A stretch of DNA of 20,000 nucleotides from an uncultured virus (IMG/VR IMGVR_UViG_3300028228_000217) (taxonomy: Duplodnaviria > Heunggongvirae > Uroviricota > Caudoviricetes): IMG/VR virus record IMGVR_UViG_3300028228_000217, one strand, 5' to 3'. The notes under the pieces were generated by a model that was not told the DNA's origin, did not search any database, and saw only the letters and a program-made list of their open reading frames with translations. A program made the translations under genes and the position numbers. Every line of letters begins with the position of its first letter. Position 1 is the first letter of the stretch. Positions 16,210 through 20,000 of the stretch are shown here, in pieces.

Positions 16210-16241
16210 TATTTATATGGGGATTAAAGTTCATATTTCAA
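16210..16241 (-). promoter_or_regulatory. Sigma32 (RpoH)-type promoter overlapping a T4 late promoter
   Basis: TTGAAA-13 nt-CCCCATAT, running directly into TATAAATA (16210-16217). Confidence 0.75.
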
Positions 16242-16261
16242 CCCCCATACAAAATTTTTAA

Positions 16262-17398
16262 TTAAATATTCTCTAGTTTATCCTCCGGGATAGCTTTGAA
16301 AATATCTTTTCGGCTAATTAGAACCTGTTTTCTATTCAGATTCTTCTTACTCCATCTATTGATATTTTTAATCAGTTCATAAACAGGTTTCATAACATCT
16401 TTATTTTTACCTGAATTAGGAAATATATCTGATTGTTCAAATTGACCTGACCACTCCATAAACCATCCTTCAAAGACTTCTTTATTAATTTTATTATCAA
16501 AATAGTGTCTGATAATTGTTAACACAGATAAAGCTCCTGTTAAGATTTCACTATCTGTTTGATATGCCTTTCTAAGCAAATTAACATTATCTTTTACTAT
16601 TTCATAATCAAACTCTTTGATAATAGCCATTAAAGATGATGGAGAAGATATTTTTTTCAAAACTTTACCGTTTTGTTTCACTTGATTTTTAATATTAAAT
16701 CCCATGTCAACTAAAACTCTCATTGTATTTTCATATTGAGGTTCGCCAGCTTGAGCACCTGAAACTAATCTATCTTCAGCACCTTGGTTTGTTCTTCTAT
16801 CACTATCTGTGTGATGAATAATAGCACCAAACTTTCTGATTTCATCTAAAGATGTTTCTTTACCTAAACAAACAACTCTAGCAAATACAGGTGCACCAAG
16901 TCCACTTACAATAATAGATTTTGCTGTACAATGATTACCAATCACGGTTACAAATTTATATGTTCCGTCTTTAGCATAATATACAACTACGGTAATATTC
17001 ATAGCTTGCCAAAATAAACCTTCTCTTAAATCTAAATGTGTAGATATATTTGTAAAATTGATATTGTCTCCTCTATTGTGAATGATATTGGTGTATATCA
17101 TATCATTAGGAATCCAAGCATAAGTATCAAAACTACGACCTTTTCTGATTTTCTGGTCAATTGTTTGAAAATCAACACCGTCAGGTTTAATACCTATTTC
17201 TTTCCATCCTCTATCAGATTTTAATTCTGATGGTGTGAATGGATATTTTTTTCTTGTGTTGAAATGTTTATCAACTTGTCCACTAATTGAAAACAAATGT
17301 TTGCTTTCTTCATAGGCATTTAGTGATTTTTTTAAGTCGATATTTTTTACTGCGTCAGGTAACTTGTAGTCACCTTTTCTTAGGTCTGATATATACAT
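16262..17398 (-). CDS. Hypothetical protein, probable divergent ParB/Srx-like (DUF6551-like) domain
   Basis: AWIP..IY.NIIHNR...VVVYYAKDGTYKFVTVIGNHC...HTDSDRRTNQGAEDRLVSGAQAGE parallels YQR...viDGQHR...N..r...drf.a...ag; strong SD AAGGAGG. Confidence 0.55.
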   Translation of the reverse strand: MYISDLRKGDYKLPDAVKNIDLKKSLNAYEESKHLFSISGQVDKHFNTRKKYPFTPSELKSDRGWKEIGIKPDGVDFQTIDQKIRKGRSFDTYAWIPNDMIYTNIIHNRGDNINFTNISTHLDLREGLFWQAMNITVVVYYAKDGTYKFVTVIGNHCTAKSIIVSGLGAPVFARVVCLGKETSLDEIRKFGAIIHHTDSDRRTNQGAEDRLVSGAQAGEPQYENTMRVLVDMGFNIKNQVKQNGKVLKKISSPSSLMAIIKEFDYEIVKDNVNLLRKAYQTDSEILTGALSVLTIIRHYFDNKINKEVFEGWFMEWSGQFEQSDIFPNSGKNKDVMKPVYELIKNINRWSKKNLNRKQVLISRKDIFKAIPEDKLENI

Positions 17399-17477
17399 AT
17401 CGTTTAGCCCTCCTTGGACTGTTTGGTTGCTTACTTAAAAAATTCTACTAGAATTTAATAAACAACCGGTTCATTGT

Positions 17478-17485
17478 TATTTATA
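17478..17485 (-). promoter_or_regulatory. T4-type late promoter upstream of the ParB-like gene
   Basis: Exact TATAAATA, intergenic, about 80 nt before ATG 17398. Confidence 0.65.
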
Positions 17486-17772
17486 CATTAACATTCACTA
17501 GGCTAAGGATCCCTACCAGTTCCCTAGTGAATATGTTAATGATTTAGGTTCACTCTCGCTCTCCTAAATTTTATTGGGCTGAGGCAGGTCAACAACCTCA
17601 TTATACTAACTTATCTAACTAAGCCTATGCATTATGCCTACGAAGACCAATGAGCCCGAATTTGGTGGTGGTTTTTGTGTCGTCAGACCACCAACTGCGG
17701 CTTGTAATTTATTGCTATGCAATGGGTCAAGCTACCCTCCACGCCCCAGGTCTTACGATTTGCCTGGTATCA
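17486..17772 (-). ncRNA. Candidate structured non-coding RNA (~290 nt)
   Basis: GC-enriched intergenic region with successive stems (CCAGG/CCTGG, GGGT/ACCC, TGGTGGT/ACCACCA, GGGCT/AGCCC, GAGG/CCTC, ATTTAGG/CCTAAAT, long terminal stem), preceded by late-promoter-like AATAAATA at 17774-17781. Confidence 0.6.
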
Positions 17773-17806
17773 CTATTTATTCATGTTATAAGCACAGGCG
17801 GGAATT

Positions 17807-18009
17807 CTATCTATCTTGTTCCAATTTTTTCTGGTTCTTTTTATAGTTTTTAATACCTTCTTTTTCTTTTCCCTTTTAATTTCAGATGGTTTTTGATAGT
17901 GTTGTCTAGCTCTTAACTCTTTTACTAGACCTTCTTTCATAACCTTCTTCTTTAAAACTCTCATAGCTTTTTCGAGGTTACCACCTCTAACTTCTACAGT
18001 TATACTCAT
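17807..18009 (-). CDS. rpsU: Ribosomal protein bS21 (67 aa after correcting an apparent 1-nt homopolymer deletion)
   Basis: MSITVEVRGGNLEKAMRVLKKKVMKEGLVKELRARQHYQKPSEIKR; adding one A at 17861-17865 gives ...KKKEGIKNYKKNQKKLEQDR* ending at 17807; SD GGAGG. Confidence 0.9.
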
Positions 18010-18038
18010 AAATTTATTACCTCCTCCCTTGATAGTGT

Positions 18039-18067
18039 AAAAAGGTGGAGGGCACTACCCCTCCACC
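18039..18067 (-). terminator. Rho-independent terminator after cobS
   Basis: GGTGGAGGG-GTAGTG-CCCTCCACC-TTTTT; an outer inverted repeat TAGTGTAA/TTACACTA flanks it. Confidence 0.8.
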
Positions 18068-18093
18068 AAGGACTTACACTATGTTTAATAGAT

Positions 18094-19314
18094 TTAGATG
18101 GCATCGCTGTCATCTGACTCACTATCATTGTCGTCCATTTGTGAAGTCATATCCGCTTGTCTAGCTTCTTCGCTTATCTGCTCAGCAGTAGCGCCAGCAT
18201 CCACTTTGGTATATAATTCCATAAATGAATTCTTTGTGTCATCATCAAATCTGTTAGTACAAACTTCAATAGCTTTGATTTTTTGACCAAAGATACTGTA
18301 TGCTTGAGTGATGTGAACCAATCTTCTAGTTGATATAATCTCGTCAACACCACCATCATAGTAGGTTTTTCTGATTACATCAGCCCATGTTACCAACTTC
18401 TTACAAAAATCTATATCATCTTTGCTTGTAGCCTTTAATGTAGAAACTAAAATCTTTTCTTCTACACTTGGTTTTGGATATTTCTGTTCAAAGGTAATTG
18501 GAAATCTTTCCAAGAAAGCCTCATTAAGAACATTAGTACCAATAAACTTACCGTCATCACTACCTTGACCTTTAGTATTGGCAGTAGCAACACAGTTGAA
18601 ACCATGAGCAGGTTTTACAAATCTGTTTATCTTCTTAACATAGACACCAGAGCCTTCTAAGATAGGTTGTAAACACATAATCTTATTAGACGCAAGGTCA
18701 ATTTCATCAAGTAGAAGCACAGCGCCTCTCTCCATGGCTTCGATTACAGGACCATTCTGCCAAACAGTTTGGCCATCTTTAAGTCTGTAACCACCAAGTA
18801 AATCATCTTCATCTGTTTCAATGGTAATGTTTACTCTAATTAATTCTCTCTTGTTTTCGGCACAAGCTTGGGTAACACCCATAGTCTTACCGTTACCTGA
18901 AAGACCTGTAATAAAAACAGGATAAAACATCTTGCTTTTGATAATGCTCTTAACATCTGGATAATTACCAAATGAAACGAACACAGGATCCTTTTCAGGA
19001 ACAATGTTGCCAGTTAATGATGAAACTACATACGCAGCTTCAGAAACAGTTTCAGTTTCAGGTGCTTTAGTAGTCAAAACTTTTTCAGTTTCACCTTTTG
19101 TTTCAGCCTTAATAGACGGAGTATAATCTCCCTCAGTAGGCAATTTGAACAATGATTTACCAATTTTGAAATCATTATTTTTAATTAGCCATTGTGGTGC
19201 ATACTTGCAACCAAAATTGGCATTAGCTTCTTTTAATTGAACTGTAGTCAATTCGTTTGAACCAAACTTTTTAATAGCAAAGTCAACGAACTCTTGTTGT
19301 TTAGTGTTTAGCAT
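18094..19314 (-). CDS. cobS: CobS-like / MoxR-family AAA+ ATPase (406 aa)
   Basis: GLSGNGKT, ETDEDDLLGG, LLLDEID, TANTKGQG, NEAFLERF, ISTRRL. Start at MLNTKQQ (19314) with SD AAGGA; the longer ORF-track start would span the promoter. Confidence 0.92.
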   Translation of the reverse strand: MLNTKQQEFVDFAIKKFGSNELTTVQLKEANANFGCKYAPQWLIKNNDFKIGKSLFKLPTEGDYTPSIKAETKGETEKVLTTKAPETETVSEAAYVVSSLTGNIVPEKDPVFVSFGNYPDVKSIIKSKMFYPVFITGLSGNGKTMGVTQACAENKRELIRVNITIETDEDDLLGGYRLKDGQTVWQNGPVIEAMERGAVLLLDEIDLASNKIMCLQPILEGSGVYVKKINRFVKPAHGFNCVATANTKGQGSDDGKFIGTNVLNEAFLERFPITFEQKYPKPSVEEKILVSTLKATSKDDIDFCKKLVTWADVIRKTYYDGGVDEIISTRRLVHITQAYSIFGQKIKAIEVCTNRFDDDTKNSFMELYTKVDAGATAEQISEEARQADMTSQMDDNDSESDDSDAI

Positions 19315-19350
19315 AGTGTTATTGTCCTTCTTCATTGTTAATATAGGTAT

Positions 19351-19380
19351 ATTATACAGGCCTTTTTGTAAAAGGCAAGC
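19351..19380 (-). promoter_or_regulatory. Sigma70-type promoter for cobS
   Basis: GC-TTGCCT-16 nt-TATAAT-ATACCTATATTAA; the spacer contains an A5 run that may be one base short. Confidence 0.7.
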
Positions 19381-19454
19381 GTTATATACGATTTTTTCAC
19401 TTTTTTCGTTACCAGGTAACGGTTTTCTAACATTCATTAAATTAATTGCCATTT

Positions 19455-20000
19455 TTATGCAACCTCTTTAATAAATTTGTTTAAAACTACTCTGGAAACC
19501 AATCGATTCGCCATTGATTTACCAAAGATTCTTTTTAACTCAGAGGCTGTGCCTTTTTTAACTTCAGCACCTTGCATATCAAAGTTTTCAACAGCAAGTT
19601 TTTTACCATCTAAGATAAAGAATTTATTATAACCATTGGCGTCTACAGCCAAGGCTTTATCTCTAGTAAAGTCTTTTCTCATTTTATTATATTGATTTTG
19701 CTTATCATTATAATCTTTGTAGTCATTGATATATTTTTCAATATTCCATCTTTTAACTCTTTTGATTATGTAGAAACCAATAATGTTAACATCATATGTT
19801 TTACCAATATGAGATAATAATTTTTCTGTAGTATCATGGTAACCACCAACAAATTTTGATTTGCCAATTTGATAAACATTCTCTTTACCATACTCTTCAT
19901 CTGACCAACTACCAATAGTTTGACCAACAAGTTTACCTCTTGGACAGTTACCTGCTCCGTCAGTAAGAGTAATAAATGTCATCTTCTCAATACCATATTT
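19455..20000 (-). CDS. C-terminal part of a VWA-domain (CobT-like) partner of the CobS-like ATPase; 5' end outside the window
   Basis: Frame open to the window edge (KYGIEKMTFITLTDGAGN); hhhhTDG VWA motif, VNIIGFYI; adjacent to a MoxR-type ATPase. Confidence 0.75.
   Translation of the reverse strand, partial: KYGIEKMTFITLTDGAGNCPRGKLVGQTIGSWSDEEYGKENVYQIGKSKFVGGYHDTTEKLLSHIGKTYDVNIIGFYIIKRVKRWNIEKYINDYKDYNDKQNQYNKMRKDFTRDKALAVDANGYNKFFILDGKKLAVENFDMQGAEVKKGTASELKRIFGKSMANRLVSRVVLNKFIKEVA

Noticed and set aside
17486..17772. tmRNA, RNase P RNA, group I intron or CRISPR array as the identity of the structured region
   Set aside because: No tRNA-like acceptor/T-arm with CCA or tag ORF, no RNase P or group I core motifs recognised, no interrupted gene, and no repeat-spacer periodicity.
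17773..17865. Extended C-terminus of bS21 (VLKTIKR...NMNK) in the ORF track
   Set aside because: One extra A in the A5 run gives a normal-length basic tail and frees the downstream promoter-like element; treated as an indel artefact.
247..18286. All plus-strand ORFs and short nested minus-strand ORFs (e.g. 143-337, 6577-6798, 7866-8153, 9663-9899, 18174-18359)
   Set aside because: They are shadows or alternative frames of well-supported minus-strand genes or of the ncRNA region, with no recognisable motifs.
19315..19452. N-terminal extensions given by the ORF track (cobS here; also 14476-14562 and 14861-14965)
   Set aside because: They run across promoters or neighbouring genes; downstream ATGs have better context.

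Overview
AT-rich segment of a T4-like (Tevenvirinae-related) marine myophage, most likely infecting an alphaproteobacterium (Pelagibacter/SAR11-type host is an inference from gene content). All supported genes are on the minus strand. The window holds the T4 replication core (gp45 clamp, gp44/gp62 clamp loader, RegA, gp43 polymerase, UvsX, gp41 helicase) interleaved with accessory genes: a VWA protein plus CobS-like AAA ATPase, ribosomal protein bS21, a candidate ~290-nt structured ncRNA, a ParB-like protein, Hsp20, a non-canonical tRNA-Gly(UCC), a free-standing GIY-YIG endonuclease, a RimK/retropepsin fusion, a 2Fe-2S ferredoxin, and a nuclease / MT-A70 / DUF4338 cassette. Best leads: (1) a tRNA-Gly that keeps charging identity but has lost ribosome/EF-Tu-facing features, co-occurring with a probable GNAT-like DUF4338 enzyme (possible tRNA-dependent DNA modification); (2) the structured ncRNA; (3) a sigma32 promoter plus ROSE-like thermometer on phage hsp20; (4) a ribosome-remodelling gene set. 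Several frameshifts fall in A/T homopolymers and look like long-read errors. All family calls are from motif recognition, not database searches.
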